From Longimicrobiales bacterium (lineage in GTDB: Bacteria; Gemmatimonadota; Gemmatimonadetes; Longimicrobiales; Gaopeijiaceae): 64,000 nt of DNA. Made by a program: the position numbers and the translations under genes. Position 1 is the first letter of the stretch. Each line of letters starts with the position of its first letter. Below are positions 11,367-21,375 of the stretch, in pieces. The stretch is taken from positions 1,312,001 through 1,376,000 of the forward strand of contig CBDCNQ010000005.1 of the NCBI GenBank assembly GCA_965219445.1, given 5' to 3'. Under the pieces are notes generated by a model. It saw only the letters and a program-made list of their open reading frames with translations, searched no databases and was not told the DNA's origin.

Positions 11367-11469
11367 GCCCGCGTCGGCACTCGAAGAGGTCGGTGCACCG
11401 TCCGGATGGCCGTGGCCACCTCGCGATGCGGCAATGCCCGCATGTGTTGCACGACGTCATGCTGGGACC

Positions 11470-12616
11470 TAGTGTTATGTTACAAAAGTCTTTAGCCCCT
11501 GAAGCTGGCAAGCGATATATTCAGGTCCATGGCCAACGAGACCAAGAAGTTGCGACTGCGTCGGGGGGACCTAAAGGTGCTGGAGTCCTGGGTTCGCTCG
11601 CGGACGCTGCCTCGACGTCAGGTGGAGCGAGCGCAGATGCTGCTTGCCGCTTCTCACGGGGAGTCGAGCCGAAGTATCGCGGAGGCGCTTGGCGTCGCTC
11701 GAGACACCGCTCGGCTGTGGATTCGTCGTTACGGGGAGGGCGGACTGAAGAGCGTCGCGAAGGACCGCGAGCGCGCCGGCCGGCCGCGCAAACTCACTCC
11801 CGCGCTTGAAGAAGAGATCGTGGCGAAGACGGTGAGCGAGAAGCCGCCGCCGGAGAAGTCTACGCACTGGAGCAGCCGCCTTCTGGCGGACGAGATGGGC
11901 CTCAATCATGTCGATGTTTGGCGTACATGGAGCAAGTTCGGACTCAAACCCCACAAGGTCCGCCGCTTCAAGCTCTCTCGCGACCCCCGCCTGGTCGAGA
12001 AGCTCAACGACGTGGTGGGCGTGTACCTCAATCCTCCCGACAACGCCGTCGCTTTCGCCTTCGACGAGAAGAGCCAGATCCAGGCCCTGGACCGTACTCA
12101 GCCGGGGCTGCCACTGAAACGGGGCCGCGCCGGCATCATGACGCACGACTACAAGCGCCATGGCACAACGACGCTTTTCGCCGCTCTTGACGTTGCGACG
12201 GGTCACGTCATCCATGACTGCATGCCCAAGCATCGCCATCAAGAGTTCCTGAAGTTCATGAAGACGGTTGTACGCAGCGTCGAACCGGAGCTTGAGGTCC
12301 ACGTCATCCTCGACAACTATGCGACCCACAAACACGAAGCCGTGCGCAACTGGCTGGCGCGAAACCCCCGCGTACAATTCCATTTCGTGCCCACCGGTGC
12401 CTCGTGGGCCAACATAGTAGAGCGCCTCTTCAGCGAGCTCGATCAGCGCCAGCTCAAGCGACTGGCCGTCCATAGCGTGCCCGAACTCATCGAAGCCATC
12501 GATGCCTATCTCGAGCAGCGCAATGAAGACCCCACGCCGTTCGTCTGGACTAAGTCCGCCCAGGAGATCCTCGACAAAATCGCGCGTGGGCCAAGAACTT
12601 TAGATACGGTACACTA
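11470..12616 (+). mobile_element. IS630-family insertion sequence, complete copy
   Basis: Ends TAGTGTTATGTTACAAAAGT and ACTTTAGATACGGTACACTA (imperfect IR), CTAG at both junctions; second copy at 13933. Confidence 0.93.
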
Positions 12617-12617
12617 G
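11529..12617 (+). CDS. IS630 family transposase
   Basis: HTH region plus [45 protein letters not shown]. Confidence 0.96.
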   Translation: MANETKKLRLRRGDLKVLESWVRSRTLPRRQVERAQMLLAASHGESSRSIAEALGVARDTARLWIRRYGEGGLKSVAKDRERAGRPRKLTPALEEEIVAKTVSEKPPPEKSTHWSSRLLADEMGLNHVDVWRTWSKFGLKPHKVRRFKLSRDPRLVEKLNDVVGVYLNPPDNAVAFAFDEKSQIQALDRTQPGLPLKRGRAGIMTHDYKRHGTTTLFAALDVATGHVIHDCMPKHRHQEFLKFMKTVVRSVEPELEVHVILDNYATHKHEAVRNWLARNPRVQFHFVPTGASWANIVERLFSELDQRQLKRLAVHSVPELIEAIDAYLEQRNEDPTPFVWTKSAQEILDKIARGPRTLDTVH

Positions 12618-13010
12618 CTGGCTGAGTTCTCTCTGTCGGTCGACGGACAGGAGTACGCGATCCGGGCCGAGCCGGCCGAGGTTTTCGAGCGCGAGGAAGA
12701 AGTGGACCCGCATGCAGGGCATAGCCACGGGAAGAAGAGGAGCCGGCCACGGGGCTCGTCACCCTGTCCAAGGAAGAACCGTGGTCGTTTCCATGGGCCG
12801 TCTCCGCAAGATACCGGCTTGGTTTCCGGGCCCAGGTAAGCTGGTGGCTCCCCCTGAGGTCTCGTACACGTGTCTGCCCCGGTGGCGCGACTTGTGCAGG
12901 TGGATGGACCCTCACTGGGACCGGGTGACTTCGTCCGCACCGGGCGTGTCTTGGCTCTGATCGCGCTCATCAGCCTGGACAACTCGTACGCACGCACCCG
13001 TACCGGTGTT
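12618..13010 (+). pseudogene. Degenerate RND-efflux periplasmic adaptor (CzcB/CusB-like) fragment
   Basis: Across frames: EEEVDPHAGHSHG / EEEPATGLVTLSKEE.W / GKLVAPP / VSAPVARLVQVDGPSLGPGDFVRTGRVLALI (His-rich linker plus biotinyl-lipoyl-like segment). Confidence 0.5.
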
Positions 13011-13095
13011 GTTGATGAACCGGGCGAGGAGTTCGGCGAAGAACCGGAATTCACTGGGTTCACACTGGGACGTTGGCTTAGAAAGTGAGGCTACA

Positions 13096-13935
13096 ATGGG
13101 CAACACGAAGGCTGGGCTACCGCACCGACCGCTTGAGGACACGGCGGCACCGATGCGGAGCAAGATCAGTAAGAAACAATACGAAATGGCACTGGCCAAA
13201 CTTCAGATCGAGTTGGTCAAGCTACAGAAGTGGATTCAAGATAAGGGGTTAAGGGTAGTCGTCATCTTCGAAGGACGGGATGCGGCGGGAAAGGGTGGTG
13301 CCATCAAACGGATCACACAGAGCCTCAATCCCCGCATCTGCCGAACCGTGGCCCTGGGAAAGCCCACGGAACGAGAAAAGAGCCAGTGGTATTTCCAGCG
13401 CTATGTCGTTCATCTTCCCGCTGCCGGCGAGATGGTACTGTTCGATCGAAGTTGGTACAACCGAGCCACCATCGAGCGGGTCATGGGCTTTTGCACTGAA
13501 GAAGAGTACGACGAATTCATGCAATCTTGTCCGACGTTCGAGCGCTTGCTCGTTCGCTCGGGGATCAAGTTGATTAAGTATTGGTTCTCAGTAAATGACG
13601 CGGAACAGGAGTATCGTTTTTTGCAGCGCATTAATGACCCGATTCGCAGATGGAAGATCAGCGAAATGGATCTGCGGTCACGTGAGAAGTGGATCGACTA
13701 CTCCATTGCCAAAGATGAGATGTTCAAATACACGGATATCGACCAAGCACCATGGTATGTCGTGGAGGGGGATGATAAGAAGCGAGCTCGACTGAATGTC
13801 ATGACACATCTTCTGAGCCTCATTCCGTATGACGAACTCAAGGCCCCAGAGCTCGAGCTCCCGCCTCGCCAGCCTGACTACGGCTACGTACGCCCACCGA
13901 GGAGCGGCCAGACATATGTGCCGGAAGTCTTCTAG
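13096..13935 (+). CDS. ppk2: Polyphosphate kinase 2 (single domain)
   Basis: FEGRDAAGKGG Walker A, QWYFQRY, FDRSWYNRA, KKRARLN; GAGG before ATG. Confidence 0.95.
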   Translation: MGNTKAGLPHRPLEDTAAPMRSKISKKQYEMALAKLQIELVKLQKWIQDKGLRVVVIFEGRDAAGKGGAIKRITQSLNPRICRTVALGKPTEREKSQWYFQRYVVHLPAAGEMVLFDRSWYNRATIERVMGFCTEEEYDEFMQSCPTFERLLVRSGIKLIKYWFSVNDAEQEYRFLQRINDPIRRWKISEMDLRSREKWIDYSIAKDEMFKYTDIDQAPWYVVEGDDKKRARLNVMTHLLSLIPYDELKAPELELPPRQPDYGYVRPPRSGQTYVPEVF

Positions 13936-14805
13936 TGTTATGTTACAAAAGTCTTTAGCCCCTGAAGCTGGCAAGCGATATATTCAGGTCCATGGCCAAC
14001 GAGACCAAGAAGTTGCGACTGCGTCGGGGGGACCTAAAGGTGCTGGAGTCCTGGGTTCGCTCGCGGACGCTGCCTCGACGTCAGGTGGAGCGAGCGCAGA
14101 TGCTGCTTGCCGCTTCTCACGGGGAGTCGAGCCGAAGTATCGCGGAGGCGCTTGGCGTCGCTCGAGACACCGCTCGGCTGTGGATTCGTCGTTACGGGGA
14201 GGGCGGACTGAAGAGCGTCGCGAAGGACCGCGAGCGCGCCGGCCGGCCGCGCAAACTCACTCCCGCGCTTGAAGAAGAGATCGTGGCGAAGACGGTGAGC
14301 GAGAAGCCGCCGCCGGAGAAGTCTACGCACTGGAGCAGCCGCCTTCTGGCGGACGAGATGGGCCTCAATCATGTCGATGTTTGGCGTACATGGAGCAAGT
14401 TCGGACTCAAACCCCACAAGGTCCGCCGCTTCAAGCTCTCTCGCGACCCCCGCCTGGTCGAGAAGCTCAACGACGTGGTGGGCGTGTACCTCAATCCTCC
14501 CGACAACGCCGTCGCTTTCGCCTTCGACGAGAAGAGCCAGATCCAGGCCCTGGACCGTACTCAGCCGGGGCTGCCACTGAAACGGGGCCGCGCCGGCATC
14601 ATGACGCACGACTACAAGCGCCATGGCACAACGACGCTTTTCGCCGCTCTTGACGTTGCGACGGGTCACGTCATCTCATCGAAGCCATCGATGCCTATCT
14701 CGAGCAGCGCAATGAAGACCCCACGCCGTTCGTCTGGACTAAGTCCGCCCAGGAGATCCTCGACAAAATCGCGCGTGGGCTAAGAACTTTAGATACGGTA
14801 CACTA
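13933..14805 (+). mobile_element. IS630 copy 2 with a 274-bp internal deletion (transposase pseudogene)
   Basis: Matches copy 1 except for loss of the copy-1 12213-12486 equivalent and a C>T near the right end; both ends intact. Confidence 0.93.
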
Positions 14806-14958
14806 GGACCGGGGCGATGCGGTCGCACACACGGGTTGTCGATCCGCAACGCTACAGCATTATTCTGTCCGCCCTGGGCATCGTGACACTACGGTGGCAC
14901 GCCGAGTTTCAACGTGGACCTCGGCGGCGAGGGAGGAATGCCTAGAATGGTGGATCGA

Positions 14959-15238
14959 CAACCCTGCCTTCACGTAGATCCCGTCCGCCCATACGTAGAC
15001 GACCTCACGGCCCTCCAGGCGACGCTGGCTCCATTCCTCGAACTCCGCCGTCCATCCCGCCCGCAGTCTCCGAATCGAAGACTTCGACAGCGGTGCCCCC
15101 TCGGAAGCAGAGCGCCCAGCTCCTTCGTCCGCCTCGCGAACAACGGCAGCACCCGACTCTCGAACCGCTCCTCGACGCCCCGAACCCGAGGGCGTCGTAG
15201 TGTGATCGTGCCCGAGCTCATCGCCAACCGCCTCGGCA
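14959..15238 (-). pseudogene. IS256-family transposase fragment
   Basis: PRRLAMSSGTITLRRPRVRGVEERFESRVLPLFARRT, then in another frame GAPLSKSSIRRL...REVVYVWADGIYVKAGL. Confidence 0.8.
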
Positions 15239-15468
15239 GAGTACAGATGGTGTGAATCACGGCAAGGAATCGTCTAAGTTCAACCAGAACTTTGCTGATG
15301 ACGTTCCAAGATGGCCCGTAACGACCCGTAGTGACCCTATAACCTCTGAAATTACAGTGTGTTGCGTTACACAAGCTGTGCCAGTTCGTCTATTACTGTG
15401 CCGGGACACCTATTGTATTCTCCCTTGAATAGTGTCCTATAAAGTGATCCACAGCACGGGAGAATACG

Positions 15469-16604
15469 ATGACACGGCGACCGGCAACCCTTACTGCCGC
15501 CTTCGTACGGACGGTGAGCAAGCCCGGCGTTTACGGCGACGGACGCGGCTCGCGCGGCCTGAGCTTGCGCGTTCACCGGATGAAGAGCGACCGGCTCTCG
15601 CGCACATGGAGGCAACGGTTGCGGGTCGCGGGGCGGCTGACGACGACCGGGCTCGGCCGGTTTCCCGAAGTCTCGTTGGCGGAAGCCCGGCACAAGGCCA
15701 TTGAGAACGCGCGGGCCATCGGCCAGGGTGTGGACCCGCGCGGCGGCGGCGTCCCGACGTTTCGCGAAGCCGCCGAAGAGACGATCCGGCTACACGCCGA
15801 ATCGTGGAAAGCCGGCTCGCCGCTCCCCGGGGAATGGCACTCGACGTTGAGGCTGTACGCCACGCCGATCCGGGACAAGCCGGTGGACCGGATCACGTCG
15901 GGCGACGTGCTGGCGTGTCTCCGGCCGGTATGGAACGTGAAGCCAGCCGCCGCGCGGAAAGCCCGGAACCGGCTCCGCGCGGCATTTCGCTGGTGCGTTG
16001 GACAAGGCTACATCTCGACGAATCCCGTGGACCGCGCAGTGGCTGCGCTCCCGAAGGTCAACGGCAACGGCACGACGCACCATCGCGCGCTCCCGCACGG
16101 TGAGGTTCCGGACGCGCTCCGGCGCATTCGGTCGGCCAACACGCAGGCATCCGCGCGGCTCGCCGTCGAGCTGATCGTCTTGACGGCGGCGCGCTCCGGC
16201 GAAGCGCGCGCCGCGACGTGGGACGAAATCGACACGGCGGCGAAGGTTTGGACGATCCCGCCGGCGAGAATGAAAGCCGGCCGGGAGCATCGCGTGCCGC
16301 TGTCCAGCGGCGCGCCAGCGAGCTTGCCGACGATTCGCCGTTCGTCTTCCCGACGCGGGCCGGCCGCGCGCTGTCCTCGAAATCCACTTACCGGGTGCTC
16401 CAGCTGGCCGGTGTCACCGGGACGACGCTGCACGGTTTCCGAACGTCGATTCGTGTCTGGATGGCCGAGACCGGCGTGGACCGCGAGACGGCGGAAGCCG
16501 TGTTGGCTCACGTCGTGCGCGGCACCGAGGGCGCGTACATGAGATCGGACCTGCTGGCGCGCCGGTGCGAAGTCATGCAGACATGGAGCGACTATGTCGC
16601 ATAG
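15469..16604 (+). pseudogene. P4-like tyrosine integrase with arm-binding domain, frameshifted at ~16315
   Basis: GLGRFPEVSLAEAR, ARSGEAR, RMKAGREHRVPLS in one frame; HGFR, LAH, AY.RSDLL in another. Confidence 0.88.
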
Positions 16605-16842
16605 TACGCGGAAGGATGGACCAGGGTGGCGCTCAACGTAGACGACGTGTTCATGGGACTCCGACCCCGAACGGCCCTCGGTCGAGTTGCCGGTATCGCC
16701 GAGCAAGATTGAAGCCGATGAGCGGGTCCGCGCCCGGTCCAATGATCCTGCTGGAAGGCCGCTTGCTTGGCCCATCGAGACACGCTCGCCCGAATCTCCT
16801 ATAATCAGGCGACAAGTCTGAGAGGACAGTACGTTCCGGGCC

Positions 16843-16955
16843 TTGGACATCCCTCCGGAACGGATGACGCCGCACGGCTTCCGAGCGATGGCGCGCACCA
16901 TTCTGGACGAGGTGCTGGGCTTCCGGCCCGACTTCATCGAGCACCAGCTGGCCCA
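16843..16955 (+). pseudogene. Second P4-like integrase C-terminal fragment
   Basis: MTPHGFRAMARTILDEVLGFRPDFIEHQLA. Confidence 0.8.
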
Positions 16956-17060
16956 GCGGGCGATCTGGTTGAGGTTGTTGCCGATGCGCGCGACCTGCCG
17001 GGTGCGCTCGTGCTCGACCTCGGCTGCCGCGGCCTTGGCCTTGGCCCGCCGCCAGGACAC
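16949..17060 (-). pseudogene. mobC: MobC relaxosome accessory protein fragment
   Basis: EVEHERTRQVARIGNNLNQIARWA, the MobC GNNLNQIA motif. Confidence 0.75.
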
Positions 17061-17258
17061 AAGAACGGGCGAGCCAGCCGCCCGTGACCTCCGCCCGAGT
17101 GCGGGCCTCAAGGGGGGATCGAAGGGGCGGAGTCCCTTGCCAGCCCCTGCCGGGGACCCGCGAAGCGTGGCCCCAAGGGGTAGGCTGGCTCTTGCACCGT
17201 AAGGTGCTCCGAGCCAGCCCGGCGGACGCCGCCGAAGCAGCGGGGGAGGGCTTCGGCT

Positions 17259-18068
17259 GTGACCCGTCCAGATAGGCCCGCCCAAGCTATCTGCCGCAGT
17301 AACGCGGCTGCGGACTGCCGCAGACCCGGAACACGGCACTCCGGTTCGAAGATTCCCGGCATCGGTCGAGTGTGCCGAATCCACGCGCGCCGGATCTACC
17401 GGGCGCTCGGCGCCGGGAACCGCCGCCGCCGGATCACCTCCACGGAAGTGCTGATGCGGCGCCTGCTCTCGCTCGACTATGTGCTTGATCATTCCCGCCT
17501 GCCTTGGCTCCCGACCGAGCCGGAGAAGGTGGCCGCCTTCGAGGCGCTCGGCATCGAGCGCCCGCTCCTGCCGCAACGGGTCTACCGGGGAGCGGCCGGG
17601 AACCTCCGGCGCTACTTCCCGCTCCGGATGACGGTCGCGCTGGACGCCCGGCGCGCCGTTTTCGTCTACCTCGATCCGGGCCACGAGACAGCGACGGCAC
17701 TCCGCTCCTGGGGTGCGGCGCACCGCGAACTCTGGAAGGCGCTCTGGGATCGCGGCCGATCCGTCGAGGTCGTGGCCATCGTCCGGACACCGGAGGAGGA
17801 CAGCCGGGCGGAGACCGTGCTCGCCAACTGGGCGCGCGATCCCCGCCCCTCCGAATTCGACCACGGGATCGGCCGCGAGATCGACCTTATCGACCAGGCC
17901 ATCATCAAGGGGGATGTCCCGGTCCTGATGGAGTACGGAGGCTTGCAGGCCGCCATGAAGCGCAGCGTCGCGCTGACGAAGCGGGCGCGCAGGCAGGCAG
18001 GGCGGGGGCTGATGCAACGCACCGACACCTGGCGGACGGTTCGGCTCGCGGGGGCACGCTTCCGATGA
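17259..18068 (+). CDS. Mobile-element hypothetical protein, probably 5'-truncated
   Basis: Protein-like from IYRALG...RRLLSLDYVL...WLPTEPEKV onward; N-terminus looks non-coding; no recognised family. Confidence 0.55.
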   Translation: MTRPDRPAQAICRSNAAADCRRPGTRHSGSKIPGIGRVCRIHARRIYRALGAGNRRRRITSTEVLMRRLLSLDYVLDHSRLPWLPTEPEKVAAFEALGIERPLLPQRVYRGAAGNLRRYFPLRMTVALDARRAVFVYLDPGHETATALRSWGAAHRELWKALWDRGRSVEVVAIVRTPEEDSRAETVLANWARDPRPSEFDHGIGREIDLIDQAIIKGDVPVLMEYGGLQAAMKRSVALTKRARRQAGRGLMQRTDTWRTVRLAGARFR

Positions 18069-18583
18069 GAAGCCCACGCCTTGTGCCGTACTGGAGCGTG
18101 CATGAGACGTTGGGGGTCGATGCACGCATGGCACCCGTGAAGATGCGCAGACGCCGGATTCACCTATCCCGTGCGGGCGCTTGGAGTTGCGGTCGCTGCC
18201 ACCCGGCCGCCGGTGCCGCACTGGGCAGCACCGACGTGGAGGGGAGCGACCCCCCCTGTTGACGCCCTAGTAATGGCGTGGGGCGGTGCGGATTTTCACA
18301 AACCTCGCACCGCCTCCGGGGGGGTCGCTCCCGGTCCAATGATCCCTGGCGGGAAGGCCATAAGAGTGCCGCCGACAGGCGGATTGATGGGTCTGGCCTC
18401 TGGGTCTGCTCTCACCGGCCGCATGCGCTCTACAGTCGTCCGTGAAGCGGCGCCGATGCCCGAACTGGTCCGTGCGCCGACGGGCCGCCTCGACTTTGGT
18501 GCCGCTCCAAGGTGCATGAACTTCGCCTGCTCAGCCTCTCGGGCCACCTTGGTTCCCAGAGGCACGATTCTCGTATACCGCCA

Positions 18584-19349
18584 TGCGTGGGGGGCTCTTG
18601 GTGGACCGATGCAATGTTAGGATCGAGCTGGTCTGAAGCTTTTCAGCGAGGAGGTCAGGATGGGAAGGAAGCGACCCACTCCGGAGCAGATCATCACTGC
18701 ACTGCGGGAGGCAGAGGTCGGTCTGGCCCGCGGCAAATCCGTGAAGCTGATCAGCCGGGAGCTCGGCATCACCGAGCAGACGTACTACCGGTGGAGAGGA
18801 GAGCGTGCCGGGTGCTCGGGCAGCCACGCACGACGGGCGTGCGCTGAAGCTGCTGACAGTGCTGGACGAGCACACGAGGGAGTGCCTGGCGATCGTGGTG
18901 GCTCGCAAGATCCGAGCCCACGACGTGCTCGAGGTGCTGGCCGATCTGTTCGTCCGACACGGGCCTCCCGAGTATCTGAGGTCGGACAACGGACCGGAGT
19001 TCACCGCGAAGCTCGTGCGGCGGTGGTTGGGGCGCGTGGGCGTCGAGACGCTCTTTATCGAGCCGGGCAGCCCGTGGGAGAACGGCTACAACGAGAGCTT
19101 CAACGGCAAGCTCAGGGACGAGCTGTTGAACGGGGAGATCTTCTACTCGTTGGCGCAGGCGGCCGTGCTGGTCGAGCAATGGAGGCGCGAGTACAATACC
19201 GTCCGACCCCACAGCGCCTGCGGCGGCTTTCCCCCGGCCCCTGAGGCGATTAAGCCGTCGCCCTGGTTCCTGAGGATGCCCGTCCTTCACGGCCCTCCAC
19301 AGGTGCTGGGACTAACATAGGATGTGGTACCGCTCTCGGGGGCAGGTCA
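18584..19349 (+). mobile_element. IS3-family (IS407-like) element with two internal deletions
   Basis: orfA start MGRKRPTPEQII...TYYRW (18660), orfB start fragment ERRACRVLGQPR, orfB core RSDNGPEF...PWENGYNESFNGKLRDE; right end GGGGCAGGTCA; left end approximate. Confidence 0.85.
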
Positions 19350-19388
19350 AGACAACCACGGTGCAGAATGACAGTATGTGCTGACGAT

Positions 19389-20600
19389 ATGCCTCTGGGC
19401 CTTCAAGACCTAAAGTCTCATCTCTGGGATTGCGCCGAGATCCTGCGCGGCAGTGCCGTCGATCGGACGGACTGGAAGGCGTACATCCTGCCACTACTCT
19501 TCTTCAAGCGGATCTGCGACGTGTGGAACGAGGAGGCGGCGGAGGCCACGTTGGTGTACGGAGATGCCGACGCGGTGAACTTCCCTGAAGTGCACCGTTT
19601 CCATGTCCTAGAGGGTTGCCACTGGAAAGATATCCGTGAGACTCCGGCTAACGTCGGCGGGGCGCTCTCGCACGCCATGCGCGCCATCGAGCGCGCCAAT
19701 CCCGACACTCTCTACCGCGTCTTCGGGGCTGTGGATTGGGGCAACCGCGAGATGCTCACTGACGAGATCCTCAAAGACCTGATCGAAGGGCTCTCGGAGG
19801 TTTCGCTCGGTAACAGGGTCGCCAGCTCGGACATCCTGGGTGACGCCTATGAATACCTGATCGGTAAGTTCGCCGATCTCACCAAGCGCAAGAAGGCCGG
19901 AGAGTTCTACACGCCGAGAAGCGTGGTTCGCCTGATGGTCGATCTCCTGGATCCCAAGGAGGGCGAGAGCATCTACGACCCGGCCTGCGGCACGGGCGGC
20001 ATGCTGCTCGGGGCGATCGAGCACGTGCAGCGCGCCGGCGGTGACCCGCGTACCTTTTTCGGCAAGATCTACGGCCAGGAGAAGAACCTCACGACCTCGT
20101 CGATCGCCCGCATGAACCTCGTGCTCCACGGCATCGAGGACGTCCAGATCGTGCGCGAAGATACGCTACGGAGCCCAGCTTTCACGGACTCAAGCACGGG
20201 CGGGCTCGCAACCTTCGACTGCGTGATCGCCAATCCCCCCTTCTCGCTCAAGGAGTGGGGACGCGAGGTGTGGGAAGCTGACCCGTGGGGCCGGGCCGCC
20301 TTCGGCCTCCCGCCGGACAACTACGGCGACTTTGCCTGGATTCAGCACATGGTCGCATCAATGGCGGCAGGCACGGGCCGCATGGCCCACACCGCTGCGC
20401 GCCTTAGTCTGTGTCACGGGCGAGTGCACCGCAACCGCCGCACCTGCCCTCCAATCCGTGGCCCGCGAGCGACGTCTCATTCTCCGAACGGGCGCGCGCA
20501 CGTGCCTGTGCCGAGCACCGGCACAGACCGACTCTCGCGTGTCGCTCTGAAACCTTCTAACCTCCCCCTGCGTGGCCCCCAGCGTTACGAGGAGGGATGA
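19389..20600 (+). pseudogene. hsdM: Type I restriction-modification methyltransferase subunit, 3'-truncated at ~20387
   Basis: GDAYEYLI, GEFYTP, YDPACGTGGML, ANPPF; family-like sequence ends at GTGRMA; no hsdS/hsdR follows. Confidence 0.85.
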
Positions 20601-21375
20601 TGGAGTCGCGGTTCCCAGATCTAACGTCGGGCTCGCCCCGTCACCCGTTACAGCGAGCGTTGGCCGTAGCGTTGGCCCTCGTGCCGGGAACTACCCTCCA
20701 TGCCGACAGCACCTTCCCGGCCCTTCCCGCCACTCAGGACCAGAGCGTCGAGGTCTTCGAGGCCTCGATCCCTGACCTCCAGGAAGCGATGACCGAGGGG
20801 CGCGTCACGTCACTGGAACTCGTGGACGCTTACCTCTCCAGGATCGGTGCATACGACCAGGGGGGTCCTGCGCTGAACAGCATGGTGTACCTGAACCCCA
20901 ATGCCCGGGCTCAGGCGGCCGCACTCGACCAGGAGCGCGCCATCCGCGGAGCCAGGGGACCGCTGCACGGTATCCCCATCATTCTGAAGGACAATTACGA
21001 CACAGCGGACCTACCGACTTCAGGCGGATCCATCGCGCTGGCCGGGATGATCCCCCCGGACGACGCCTTCCAGGTCCGCAAGCTACGGGAGGCCGGGGCG
21101 GTAATCATCGGAAAATCCAACATGCACGAGCTGGCGGCCGGCATCACGACCATCAGTTCGGTTGGAGGTCAGACCCGAAACCCGTACGACCCCTCCCGAA
21201 ACCCGGGCGGCTCCAGCGGTGGGACCGGAGCGGCGATCGCGGCCAGCTTCGCAGCCATCGGCTGGGGTAGCGACACTTGCGGATCCATTCGCATCCCGGC
21301 ATCGCACAACAACCTCTTCGGTCTCCGTCCGACTAAGGGCCTCTCGAGCATCGATGGGATCATCCCACTGTCACA

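Noticed and set aside
16008..18221. 737-aa minus-strand ORF
   Set aside because: Antisense shadow of high-GC genes; only the short mobC segment is protein-like
18242..18332. Hammerhead ribozyme or intrinsic terminator
   Set aside because: CTGTTGA is not CUGANGA, no correctly placed GAAA, and no U-tract after the stem
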